Made by a program: the position numbers and the translations under genes. The notes beneath the pieces were generated by a model. The model saw nothing but the letters and a program-made list of their open reading frames with translations. It was not told the DNA's origin and did no database searches. A stretch of DNA of 64,000 nt from Candidatus Multivoradales bacterium (GTDB lineage Bacteria > Acidobacteriota > Thermoanaerobaculia > Multivoradales > J023), in NCBI GenBank assembly GCA_965248925.1, contig CBDFLE010000004.1, positions 160,001 through 224,000 of the forward strand, in the 5' to 3' direction. How positions within the stretch are numbered: the first letter of the stretch is position 1; the number at the start of each line of letters is the position of its first letter. This document shows positions 8,052 to 18,900 of this stretch, piece by piece.

Positions 8052-8104
8052 GAGGACTGTGAGTCCTCTTCATTGAGTAAGAGAGAGGACTGAGAGTCCT
8101 CTCT
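8052..8104. promoter_or_regulatory. Paired palindromic operators GAGGACT-GWG-AGTCCTC, 33 bp apart, in the divergent intergenic region
   Basis: Two 17-bp palindromes at 8052 and 8085, conserved at 42165/42198 and 62011/62044, next to an XRE-HTH gene. Confidence 0.7.
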
Positions 8105-8196
8105 GTCCAAAAACTCCGTCGTTTTTGCTGTCGAGGCCCCGGAGAGCCGTTGGTTGCGATACTCTTTGGGCCTAATCAATATCTCTGGAGGGAGCA

Positions 8197-9534
8197 ATGT
8201 TTGGCGAATCAGCGAGCGAGCAGCACCAGCGATGCCTACAAACGCTGAAGGCCCATGTGCGACGGCATCCGATGTCGGTAAGGGAGATCGAGCGGCGCCT
8301 GGGATATTCTCCGTCCTACTTGCACCGGATCCTTCGTGGCAAAGTAGGGTTGTCGTTTGAGGGCTTGTTGCAGCTGCTCGAAGTCGTGGATATGAGCTTC
8401 GAGGAGCTGGCGATCAAGACGGCGCGAGTGGATGCTGAGGGATTGTTGGAGAGGGCCTTACCTCCGGGCACGGTAGATCCGCCAGAGATTGAGGAGCTGG
8501 CGTTGATAGCCAGTCAGCTCATCGTCGGCGAGTATACTGACAAGGTCCACGATTCGGCATGCCAGGCACTGTTCCAGGCGGTGAGGGATGCTGATGATCA
8601 GCGTTACTCGGCCCCATGGCTAGCTGCCGCGAAGGTGCGCCCAATAGCAACTCATGTTGCTCCTAGAATAGCTGGAATAGTGGCGTTGGAGCTCTTCTGC
8701 CGAGCGACCAGCGTCTACGGGTCTTGCTGCCGCATCGGTGGAAGCGTTCAGCACGCGATCCGTACCCTGATCACTACCAGCCAGCTCGCTCGGTCGTGCG
8801 GGTCGAGTCATCGGGCGGACTGGCTTCTTCGTGCTGCGTCAGCCTTGAATAGTCACAGTGAGCATGATGCCGGTCTGGAAGTCGCTATCGTAGCTGGGGA
8901 GATTTTTGAGAGATTGGGCGACAGTGCGGGCGTAGGCTCGTCTTTCATCAGCAAAGCGATTTCGATGACACTTATACCGGACAGCGAGCGAGCCGAGGCG
9001 GCCTTTCGCACAGCGCTTCTTCATATTCCACTGAATGGGCATTCACGTCTGCTGATAGCAGCGCATCACGGTTTGGCGAAGCTTCTAGTCGAACGGGAGG
9101 ACTTAGAGCAGGCGGGTTCCCACCTTGAAATAGTGTCATCGAAGATTTATAAGTCGGACACCTATAGTCGGGGAATGTTGGCCAGAACCTTAGGTAACTG
9201 GCATAGGAAGAAGGGACACAGGGAAGAGGCGATAGAGAACCTACGGCAAGCGGAGGGTTTCTTTCTTGAGATCAATCCCTTCGACACGGCGTTTGTCGTG
9301 CTGGACCAGATCGATTTCTGTTTGGAAGATGGCCGACTCCAAGAGGCGGTCAGAATCGCGGAAGACACGGCCGATGTGATCGAGCTACTCAAATCGAATC
9401 CGGTCGCTGGTGGCATTCTCATGAGACTACGAGACGCTGCCCAGAAGGGAAGGTTGACTGCTCGGCTGATTGAAGCTGCTCGTAAGAAGATAGCCGGCGG
9501 GCGCCGGTTCGGAATCCGCCCGCCGGTAGCCTAG
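8197..9534 (+). CDS. XRE-type HTH + TPR-like transcriptional regulator, copy 1
   Basis: N-terminal MSVREIERRLGYSPSYLHRILRG HTH; helical TPR-like repeats (AEAAFRTAL, AHHGLAKLL, EEAIENLRQA); GGAGGGAG RBS. Confidence 0.85.
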   Translation: MFGESASEQHQRCLQTLKAHVRRHPMSVREIERRLGYSPSYLHRILRGKVGLSFEGLLQLLEVVDMSFEELAIKTARVDAEGLLERALPPGTVDPPEIEELALIASQLIVGEYTDKVHDSACQALFQAVRDADDQRYSAPWLAAAKVRPIATHVAPRIAGIVALELFCRATSVYGSCCRIGGSVQHAIRTLITTSQLARSCGSSHRADWLLRAASALNSHSEHDAGLEVAIVAGEIFERLGDSAGVGSSFISKAISMTLIPDSERAEAAFRTALLHIPLNGHSRLLIAAHHGLAKLLVEREDLEQAGSHLEIVSSKIYKSDTYSRGMLARTLGNWHRKKGHREEAIENLRQAEGFFLEINPFDTAFVVLDQIDFCLEDGRLQEAVRIAEDTADVIELLKSNPVAGGILMRLRDAAQKGRLTARLIEAARKKIAGGRRFGIRPPVA

Positions 9535-9865
9535 CTAGCCACTAGGATCGATGGACGTACCGAACTGCATCTCCGCTGACTTGTACTTGAGCATCTGGTT
9601 CTCCCTTGAAACGAGCTGGCCGGGCCACGACATTGTGCCCGCTGCCCGCTACTGGGGCCAAAGCTACCGTGCTTCTCCGAGTAGATCCTTGATTTGAATG
9701 CCCATCAGAGGGTGGTCGAGACCGTGAACTCGGATTGAGCGCAAGTAGCCTCGGTAGGCTTGTAAGCCACTTGGGGCCAGCTATTAGCTCCGAGTGAGGC
9801 TCGTCTCTTGGCTGATCCGAGGCGGCTTGGGCAGCAGAACCTCTATCATTCAGTGATCTGAGGGG

Positions 9866-9935
9866 AAACGGTTCATTTCGAGCTTGCACAAATGAACCGT
9901 TTGGTCTCAGCGGTGGACTTGCCTACAGTCTTCCG
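9866..9935 (+). promoter_or_regulatory. 13-bp-arm palindrome plus candidate sigma70 promoter for a leaderless rhs transcript
   Basis: AAACGGTTCATTT-N11-AAATGAACCGTTT (9866-9902) followed by TTGGTC-N17-TACAGT-N6-ATG. Conserved at 43979 and 63827. Confidence 0.65.
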
Positions 9936-12900
9936 ATGCCAAAACAGCCCTCTCTGCGCTTTCTCCTCATCCTCCAGGTCTCTCTCGGAGTTCTCTTACT
10001 GTCGGCGAGTGCCGCTCAGGCGGCGCCGGTCTTTGTCTCGGTAACCCCCGTCGACGGCACTCTGTCGAGCGCCGCGTCGGTGACTCTGACGATCGAGGTG
10101 CAGGCCGCTGCCAGCTTGCAGGTGGACGGCCAAGCGGTCACTACGGTCGATCCCTCGGGGACGGTGTGGACCGCCGGCCCCTACTCGCTGAGCGAAGGGG
10201 AGCGGGTGTTCGTGTTGATCGCCGAGGACGCTTCTGGGGTGCAGGCTCAGCAGCTGCACCGGGTGGTGCGGGACTCGCTGCCGCCGGTGCTGAGCTTGAG
10301 CCAGCCGGCGGCGGGGGCGATCGTTGCCAGCTCGCCGCTCATCGTGGTCGGCACGGCGGTGGATGCGCATCTGGCGGCGGTGCGGGTGGGGGGCCAGGTG
10401 GCGGCTCTCAGTGGTGCGAGTTTTTCGCACTCTCTGGTCTTGGTGGAGGGCGAGCAGACGTTCACCGTGGAGGCGAGCGACAGCCTGGGGCAGAGCGGGC
10501 AGCAGAGTGTGACGGTGACTCTCGATAGCCAGCCGCCGACGGTGGCGCTGTTGGAAGGAGCTCAGCCGTTGGCGGCGGATGCGCTGTTCAATCGCTCGGT
10601 GGTGCTGAGCTTCAGCGTCACGGATGCGACGGCTACGACGGTCGAAGCGCTGCTCGACGGCGCTTCATTCACCTCCGGCACGACGGTGAGCGCGGCGGGT
10701 TCGCATGTGTTCTCAGTGACCGCCACCGACGCGGCTGGCCAGCCGACTAGCGTCAGCCGGAGCTTTGAGATCGACCTGACGGCGCCGTCTTTTCTCAGCT
10801 TCACGCCGAGCGATGGCACGCTCTTGGCAGACTCGCAGGTGACCCTCAGCGGGGTGGTGGAGGGTGCGGCCGCGCTGAGTGTCGAGGGGCAGGCGGCGAG
10901 CCTGGTGGGGCAGTCGTGGACGGCCGGGGCGTTGCAGCTGATCGAGGGGGAGCGGGAGATTTCTATCCTCGCTACTGATCTGGCGGGCAATAGCGCCTCG
11001 TTCACCTTGCATTTGGAGCGCGACGCGACGGCGCCGCAGCTGATCGGCCTGGTGCCCAGCCTGGACACGGTTCTGGCGACCTCGCCGGTGGCCGTAAGCG
11101 GCACCGCGAGTGACGCCCACTTGCTGGAGGTGCGGGTGGGGGGCGAGCTGGCGAGCCTGACGGGCTCGCAGTTCAGCCACCCGGCGGTAGTGCTGGTGGA
11201 GGGTGAGAATCTCCTGCCGATCGTGGCCACGGATCAGGTGGGCCATCAGGCGACGGCCGAGCTGCGGCTGGTGCTCGACACCCAAGCACCGACGCTGTCG
11301 CTGCTGGTGGCGGGAGTGCCGCTGCAGGGTGGGGCGGTGTTCGCCGGCCCGGTGACGCCTGAGATCTCGGCCAGCGACGCCACCGAGGTGGTGACGTCGG
11401 CGACTCTCGACGGCGCCACCTACCTGCCGGGGACGGTGATTGATGGCGATGGCTTGCATCAGCTGTCGGTGAGCGCCAGCGACGCGGCGGGCCATCAGGC
11501 GACGGTGCTGGTGAGCTTCAGCCTCGACCTGGCGGCGCCGGTGTTCGCGGATCTGGCGCCGGTGGATGGCAGTGTGGACAGCGGGGCTCAGGTGACGCTG
11601 ACCGGCCGCGCGCCGGGGGCGGTGTCGGTGTCGGTGGACGGGCAGGCGGCGACGCTGGCGGGGGATGGCTTCAGCGCCGGTCCCTTCAATTTGAGCGAGG
11701 GAGAGCGGGTGTTCTTGCTCGCCGCCACCGATAGCGGCGGCAACGTCACCCAGCTGACCCACCACCTGACTCGCGATTCGACGGCGCCGCAGCTCACTCT
11801 CGGCCAGCCGGCGGCCGGAGCCCTGCTGGGGAGTACCTCGGTCGATGTCAGCGGTACGGCGAGTGATCCGCGTCTCGATCAGGTGACGGTCAATGGGGTG
11901 CTGGCCGAGCTCAGTGGCGGCGCTTTCCTGGCCCGTCAGGTGCCGCTTATTGAAGGTGACAATGTACTCACGGTGGTGGCGGCGGACACGGTGGGCAACG
12001 AGGTCCAAACGACCCGCTCGGTGACCGTTGATACGACGCCGCCGACGGTCGTCATCACCGACCCGGCCAGCGGCACGATCACCCCCGAGGCGGGGCTGAC
12101 CCTGTCGGGCAGCGCCGCGGATCCTCATCTCGATCGGGTCGAGGTGGCGGGGGTGGGGGCGAGCTTGGCGGGTGGGCAATGGTCGTTGGCGGTGGATCTG
12201 CAAGAGGGCAGTAACACTTTCACCGTCGAAGCCTTCGACCCGCTCGGCCACAGCACCAGCGCTAGCGTCACGGTGACCCGCGACAGCTCGGCGCCTGAGA
12301 TCCACATCGAGAGCCCGGCCGAGGGGCTTTACAGCCCAGCAGCGAATCTCACGGTCAGCGGCACGGTGGTCGCGGAGCCCGATTTGACGGTGACGGTGGG
12401 CGGCGTGGCGGCGACGGTGGCGGGCAGTAGCTGGAGCGCCGCCGCGGTGCCGCTAGTAGAGGGTGAGAACCGGCTGATCGCAAGGGTGACCGACGCCCTG
12501 GGCAACCAAGGCACTCACACGCGGGTGGTGTGGCGCGACAACCAAGCGCCGGAGTTTCTATCGTCGATCCCCGCCGCGGGGGCTCTCGAGCTGCCGGCCG
12601 GCAGCAGCTTCCGGCTGCGCTTCAGCGAGCCGTTGGCGGCGCCCAGCGGGGGCGCCTACAGCCTCAGCACCTTGGCCGGGCAAGCCCTGGCGAGCAGCGC
12701 CGAGATCGATGGCGACGACTTGGTGATCACCCCGCAGGCAGCACTGCCGTCGGCCACCGAGCTGCGCCTGGTGCTAGGGGCGGGGCTGGTCGATCGGGCG
12801 GGCAATGCTCTAGCGGCGGCTCATACTCTGGCTTTCACCGTGGTCGATGGCGGCTCCCCGGCGGCGCCGCAGCTCGACGCCTACGCTAGCTATCTCTGTG

Positions 12901-15900
12901 CGCCGGCTACCACCCTTGCCGGCAGTGCCGAGCCTGGTGCTTGGATCGAGGTAGATGGCGGGGCCTCAGTAGGAGCGGGGCAGGTGGCAGACGATGGCCG
13001 TTTCGCCATCAGCGTCGTGCTGCTGCCCGAGGGGCCGAATCACCTGACGGTGATCGCCGTCGACGCCGCGGGCAACCCCTCGCCCGCGACGAGCGCCGAT
13101 ATCGTCCACGATTGCACCGCGCCGGAAGTGCTGGGTGCCAGCCGGGAGGCGGCGGGATTCCGCATCGCCCTCAGCGAGACGGTCGACCCGCTGAGCTTGA
13201 GCGGCTCGGTGCGGGTGTACGACGGCGGGATGGAAATCGCCGGCACAGAGAGTGCGACTGCCAGCGAGCTGATCTGGACCGCCAGCGGAGCGTTGCCAGC
13301 AGTCGCTCTGCTGGTCGAAGTCGAGGGAGCTTTGGCGGACCTGGCCGGCAACCCGTTGGCTTTCCCCTACCGGCAACTCTTCGATATAGCCCTGGGCGGT
13401 AGCTTCTTCTCTGGCACCGCTATCGACGACGCCAGCGGCCGGCCGCTGGCCGGGGTGCGGGCGGTGGTGACGGCTAGCGACGGGGTGGCCCTGGCCGAGC
13501 CCTGGCCGGAGCAGACCAGCGGCGAGGACGGTCGCCTGGTGATCGCTCTGCCCGCCGGCACTCACGACGTGACCTTTGCCCGGCCGGGCTACACGCCGGT
13601 GTTTCGGGTGGTGACGACGGTCGACGGCCAAGGCACGGACGTTTTCGACCCTCGCCTGACGCCGGCCGCGGCGGCGGTGTCGATAGATGCATCGGGCGGC
13701 TTGGTGGAGGGCTCTTCCGAGGTCGGCACGGCGCCGCGTCTCACTCTTCCGCTCGCCGGCCTGGCGTCGGCTGCGGCGGTGCGCCTGACGGCGGTGGGCG
13801 GCCAGGGGCTGGCCGCCTTGCTGCCCTACGGCTGGGCACCGCGGGGTGCCGTCTGGGTGGATCTCTCGGCCGTGAATCTGGATAGTTCCGCGACCCTCGA
13901 TCTGCCGGTGACCTCGGCCGACGGGACGGTCCTGGAAGCGGTGACTCTCGATCTCGCCACCCTGCAATGGCGTTCGCTGGGGGTGGTGACGGTGAGCGGC
14001 GGCGAGGTCACGATGACCGTCGACGGCGAAGGAGCCTGGGCGGCGGTGGAAGCCGACTCGGGAGCTTTGGCGCCGCCCCCGGCGGTCGCTGGCCAGATGC
14101 TGGGCTCCTCGGCCGCGCCGCCGTCCGGCGGGGTGACTAGCGCCAGCCTGAGCTTCGATCCCGAGGTGGTCTTGCCGACGCAGCGCAGCTGGGTACAGGT
14201 GCTCTACGGGCTGGCGGCGGAGGTGCCGAGCGGGGTGCCGCTGACTTTGTCGATCGAGGAGCGGCTGGAGCTACTCGATGGCAGCGTGCGGCGGATCAGT
14301 CCCTACAGCGCCGATCTGGTGCTCTACCGCGATTCGCTGGGCGATCCGACCTCGAGGTTCCGCCTGCGGCCTTCGGCCGCGGCGCGCAGCCTGCCGGTGC
14401 GGCTAGGTGCCGAGCAAGTCAGCGTGCGGTCCTACGGTGATGAGACGGTGCGCGGCAACGTGCTCGGCCCCGACGGCGGGGTGGTGTCGAGTGCCGAGGG
14501 CGATCAGGTGGTGTTGCCGACGGGAGCCCTCGAGGAGCCCACGGCGGTGACCCTGAGTCGCCGGACAGTGGCAGATCTGCCGCTGGCTCCACCCGCTGGT
14601 GGCACGGTCGATGGCGTCTTGGAGCTGGACCTTGCCGGCCGCCGGCTGTTGCTGCCGGCTGAGTTGTCGTGGTCGCTGACCCCGGCACCGGCTGCTGGCA
14701 CGCCGGGTTTGTTGCTAGGGGTGGTGGAAGTGGAAGGCGAGCCGCGCTATCGGGCGATTGCCGAGCTGGAAGCCACCGCCACGGGCTGGAGGACCCAGGC
14801 GATTGACGCTGCCGATCTGGCCTGGCCGGGGGTGCTGGAAGGTGGTTTGTACGTTTTCTTGCGCCTCGATGCGGCACCGCGCTTTGTGCGGGGCATGGTG
14901 CTTGACCCAGGAGGTGCTCCGGTCGTGGGCGCGGTGGTCGAGTCGACGACGGTGCCTTGGCTCCAGATCTCAGCCGCCGAGGGTGGCTACGTGCTGCCGA
15001 TTCTGCTGGATGCCGCCACTCTCAGCGCGCGGCGCGCGGTCACCGGCAACGCGGTGGCGGTGGCGCTGCCGGCCGGGGTTGCGGCGGAGCGGGTCGATCT
15101 CGATCTGCCGCTACAGATCGTGGCGCCGTGGGTCGAGCAGATCACTCCGTCAGCGGGCACCAGCGGAGTGTTGCTCGGGGTCAATCCAGTGGTGCGTTTC
15201 AGCGAGCCGGTGGATCGGGCCTCGCTCGATGGCGCTATCGAGCTGCGCCAGGGGGGCGTGGCGGTGGCGGTGGCACTCGATCACCAGGGCGCCCTGGTCA
15301 CCCTGCTACCGCAGGCGACGCTGGTGCCTGGCAGTGAGTACGAGGTCTGGGTGGGGGCGGCGGTGCGTGACTTGCAGGGCTATGGGCTGAGCGGCTCGGT
15401 GAGCGTGCTGTTTAGCACCGAGGTGGTGGCGACGCCAGCCGGGGTCGATCGCGGGCGGATCTTCCTGGTCGAGCCCGATGCCCAGGGGCTGGCGCGAGTG
15501 GAGGGCGTGGCGGGGGCGGCGCCGGCCGGCACGCTGGTCTTCGTCGAAAACCTGACGTCGTTCTCGACCACCGAGTCTGTACAGAGCGCGGGTGACGGTA
15601 GCTTCCTGCTGACGATCGGCGCCAGCCTCGAGGATCAGCTGCTGCTGCATGTGCTGATCGATGGGGGTAACGAGGTAGTGATCCTGCTGACTCCGTTCCT
15701 GGGCGCCGACCTGCGCACCGGCCTGGCGGGGACGGGGGCGGGGGAGTTTACGACCGCCGATGGAATCACTGTACGCTACTCGGCTGGCACCTTCGCCGGG
15801 CCGTCCAGGGTAAAGGTGACGCCGATCGCCATGGGCACGCTCGCGGCGGCAGAAGACTTCAGCGAGCTGGTGACCTTCCGGCTGGAGATCGCCGGCGCGC

Positions 15901-18900
15901 AGCCACTGAAGCCGCTGGAAGTGACGATGGCGGCGCCGGCTGGCACCGCACCAGCTGGCACCGCAGCGGGCAGCCTCTGGCTGCTGCGCCGGCAGCTCGA
16001 GATTGCCGATTTACCGTGGATGGTCCACGCCGAGCTGGCTCTCGATGGCGGTGAGCTGAGCACGATCCACACCGTGGGCGAAGCCCAATCCGCCAACTCC
16101 GGCGAGGTGGGTGGCACCAAGTCAGGCACGTTTGACGTGCCGGCCCCTCTGCGGGTACTGAGCCCGGCAGAAGCCGCCGCGCGGCTGCCGCGCTCGGGCT
16201 TCTTGAGCGCTCTGCCGCCTGCTGACCCAGCGGCTCTGGTCGAGGTCGAGCCGCCCCTGGCCGGCTTGGGAGCGGCCAAGGCGACCGTCGCCCCTACCTT
16301 GGCGGACTATCTGGTCGGCGTCTCCCGCCCCGGCGTCTATCAGGCAGCGCGGGCCGAGGTCGAGCTGGGTTGGATCGCCTTCCCCTTCCGTGGCGCCCAA
16401 GACCTGGTGGTGCGCAGCGCCGAGTTGCCCGAGGTGGTGCTGGCGCTCGATGCGGTCAACCGCTCCTTCCTGCCGCTAGGCGCCGGTGCCTTGCCGGTTG
16501 AACTCAGCCCGACGCCATTGAACGCCGATCCCGCCGCGCCGGGGACCAAGGCGCCGCCAGCGGGCGAGCCCAAGGCCGACTCGGTGGAGATCCAGGTGCT
16601 CGATTTCGCCGGTGTCGAGCTTTACCGGCTGGTGGTCGACGCCCCGACCCAGCAGCTGGTGCTGCTGACCCCCAGCCAGCTACCCAACGCCGGGCCGCCC
16701 ATGCCGCTGGGCGGTGGGCCGCTGCGCTTCCATGCTTTTAGCGCCGCTCCAGGCACTAGCGAGATCGCCGCCGGCATCAGCGCCGAGCTGGAGGGTAACT
16801 CGCTCACCGTGCGCGGCGAGGCCGGCAGTGCCGGAGCTGGAGTGGCGGTGCGTTTGATCGATCTAGAAAGCTCGAACGTGCTCAGCGCTACGGCTTCTCC
16901 AGGCGGTAGCTTCAGCGTCGTCGCCAGTCCGTCGCAGCTCGGCGATCAGCTGGTGCTGGCGATCTCGGCCAAGCTCACTCCCGGCCAGCCGCTGCGCCTC
17001 GACTTCTCAGAAGCCTTGCAAGAAGAGGCGCCAGGTATCCGGGTCGAGCACGACGGGATGGCGCTGCCGATCACCAAAGAGCCTCTGGGCAGCTGGGCAC
17101 AGCTGCGGATCCATGGCGGCTGGCAGGCTGGCAAGACCTACAACTTGCGCCTGGACTCGACCATGGCCGACGCCGCCGGCTTACCTTGGGACGCAAACAT
17201 GACTCTGCCTTTCGAAGTCGCCGAATCGAGCGCCGGCACTAGCTTCGCGCTCGACGAGGCGCACGACATCGCGCGCCTCGGCTCGTTGCTCTTCGTGGCC
17301 GCCGGAGCCGATGGCCTGGCGGTGCTCGACGCCAGCGACCCGCGCCAGCTGAAGAACTGGCTGGCGGCTGAGACCTACGTCGACCTGGTCGCGGAGCCCG
17401 GTCTACCGGTGCGCGGGGTGGCGACCGACAGCCATGGCCGGGTGGTGGCAGTAGGGGGTGGCGTCGCCCGCCGGGGGGTGCTGCTGATCCTCGATCCGCA
17501 AGAGCTGCCCCAGGGTGCCGCGACGGTGCCCGCGGCGGCGATTCTCGGCCGCACCCTCCTCACCGAGCCCCAGCTGGCTGGCTCGGGTGCCCCGCCGCTG
17601 CTCATCGGTCGGCCGCTGGAGGTCGAAATCTTCAACCGCGACCAGAGCACGACTTGGACGCTGGGGGAGGCGGTGCCGCCGGGCCTCACCCTGGCCCCGC
17701 CCAGTCCACCGAGCGGCACGGCGGCCGTCTCGCTCACGGTCAGCGGCATGGCGACGGCGGAGCGTCCGGTGACCTTGCGCAATCTCACCACCGGCGAGCG
17801 CGACAGCGCTCGCGTCGGCAGTGCTGGTGGCGGCGGTGCTGGCAGTTTCTCCCTGAGTCTCAGCGTGCAGCGCGGCGACCGCCTGGAGCTACTGCGCAAC
17901 GAGCTGTCCCTGGCCTACGTGGCAGGTTACGACGCCGGGGTGGTGACGGTGGATCTGAACGCCGTCGAAGCGGCCGATGAGGAAGTCGACGATCCTTGGG
18001 ATGCTTTCGATCTGCTGCGCTACAACACTCATTATTTTGTACCGACCGAGGTGCTGTGCTCGACGTTTGAGAACGATCAGCGCTTCGACGTGATCGACGC
18101 GCGGGTGCTGCCGGCGGCGTCGGAGGGCGAGCCTTGGAGCGTGCTGGCTCTGGTTGAGAACTATGGCTTGCTGTCGCTCGGTGCCTCGGTCGCCACTCCG
18201 CTGGAGAAGCTGGCCTACCGCGACGCTCTGTGCGGCGAGGTCGACGGCAACCGCAAGCTGGGCGGTCTCGATGTGCTGCCCGGCTACCGCTTCGACCGTA
18301 ACGGCGACGGTGTGCTGGACGACACTGAGCCCGAGCGTGACTACGCGCTGCTCACCAACACCGTCGGTGGCGGCGGTCGTGGCTGGCTGCTGATTGTCGA
18401 TGTCACCGAGCGCGATGAGCTGCGCCGGGTGGGCCGCATCGAGCTGCCCGGCCCGGCGACGCGGGTGACCGCCGATGCAATCGGCCGCCGCGCCCTGGTC
18501 TCAGGCCTCGGTGGCGGGGTCTACATCGTCGACCTCGACCGGTGGCCCGAGCTGGGTGGCGGCGGCGGAACCCCTCAGATCTGGTCGAGCGATCGGGTGG
18601 TCGAGCGCCTGAGCTTTGGCGAGGACGTGCGCGCCCCCACCCTGGTGGCTCCAGAACTGGGCCTGGCCTTCGCCGGTGGCGTTGCCCGCGGCGTGACCCC
18701 CCTCAGCACCGGCCTGCCACGCCTGTCGCTGGTGACTAGCGGCAAAAAGGGACTGCGCCGGGTCGCCCGGTTGGCGCCATTTGGCGCGCCTAGCGCGCCG
18801 GAGAGCGCCGAGGAAGGTGCCGAAGAAATACCCGGCCTGATCCGCGTGCAGGCGCAGCTTCCCGGTGGCCTGGCCGATGCCGAGGGCAAGATCCGCGTCG

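Noticed and set aside
7910-8197. 95-aa minus-strand ORF (MLPPEILIRPK...), repeated in blocks 3 and 4
   Set aside because: It spans the divergent promoter, its EDSQSS repeats simply translate the operator palindromes, its length varies, and it is absent from block 2.
9551-9697. Small signalling-peptide ORF after the HTH-TPR regulator (MDVPNCISADLY...)
   Set aside because: It has no signal peptide, differences from the block 3 copy are mostly non-synonymous, and the block 4 equivalent stops after ~15 codons.
10713-12305. Long antisense and alternate-frame ORFs within the rhs, transposase and integrase genes
   Set aside because: These are shadow ORFs expected in high-GC coding DNA. They are Arg/Pro-rich, lack motifs, and recur only because the host genes are duplicated.
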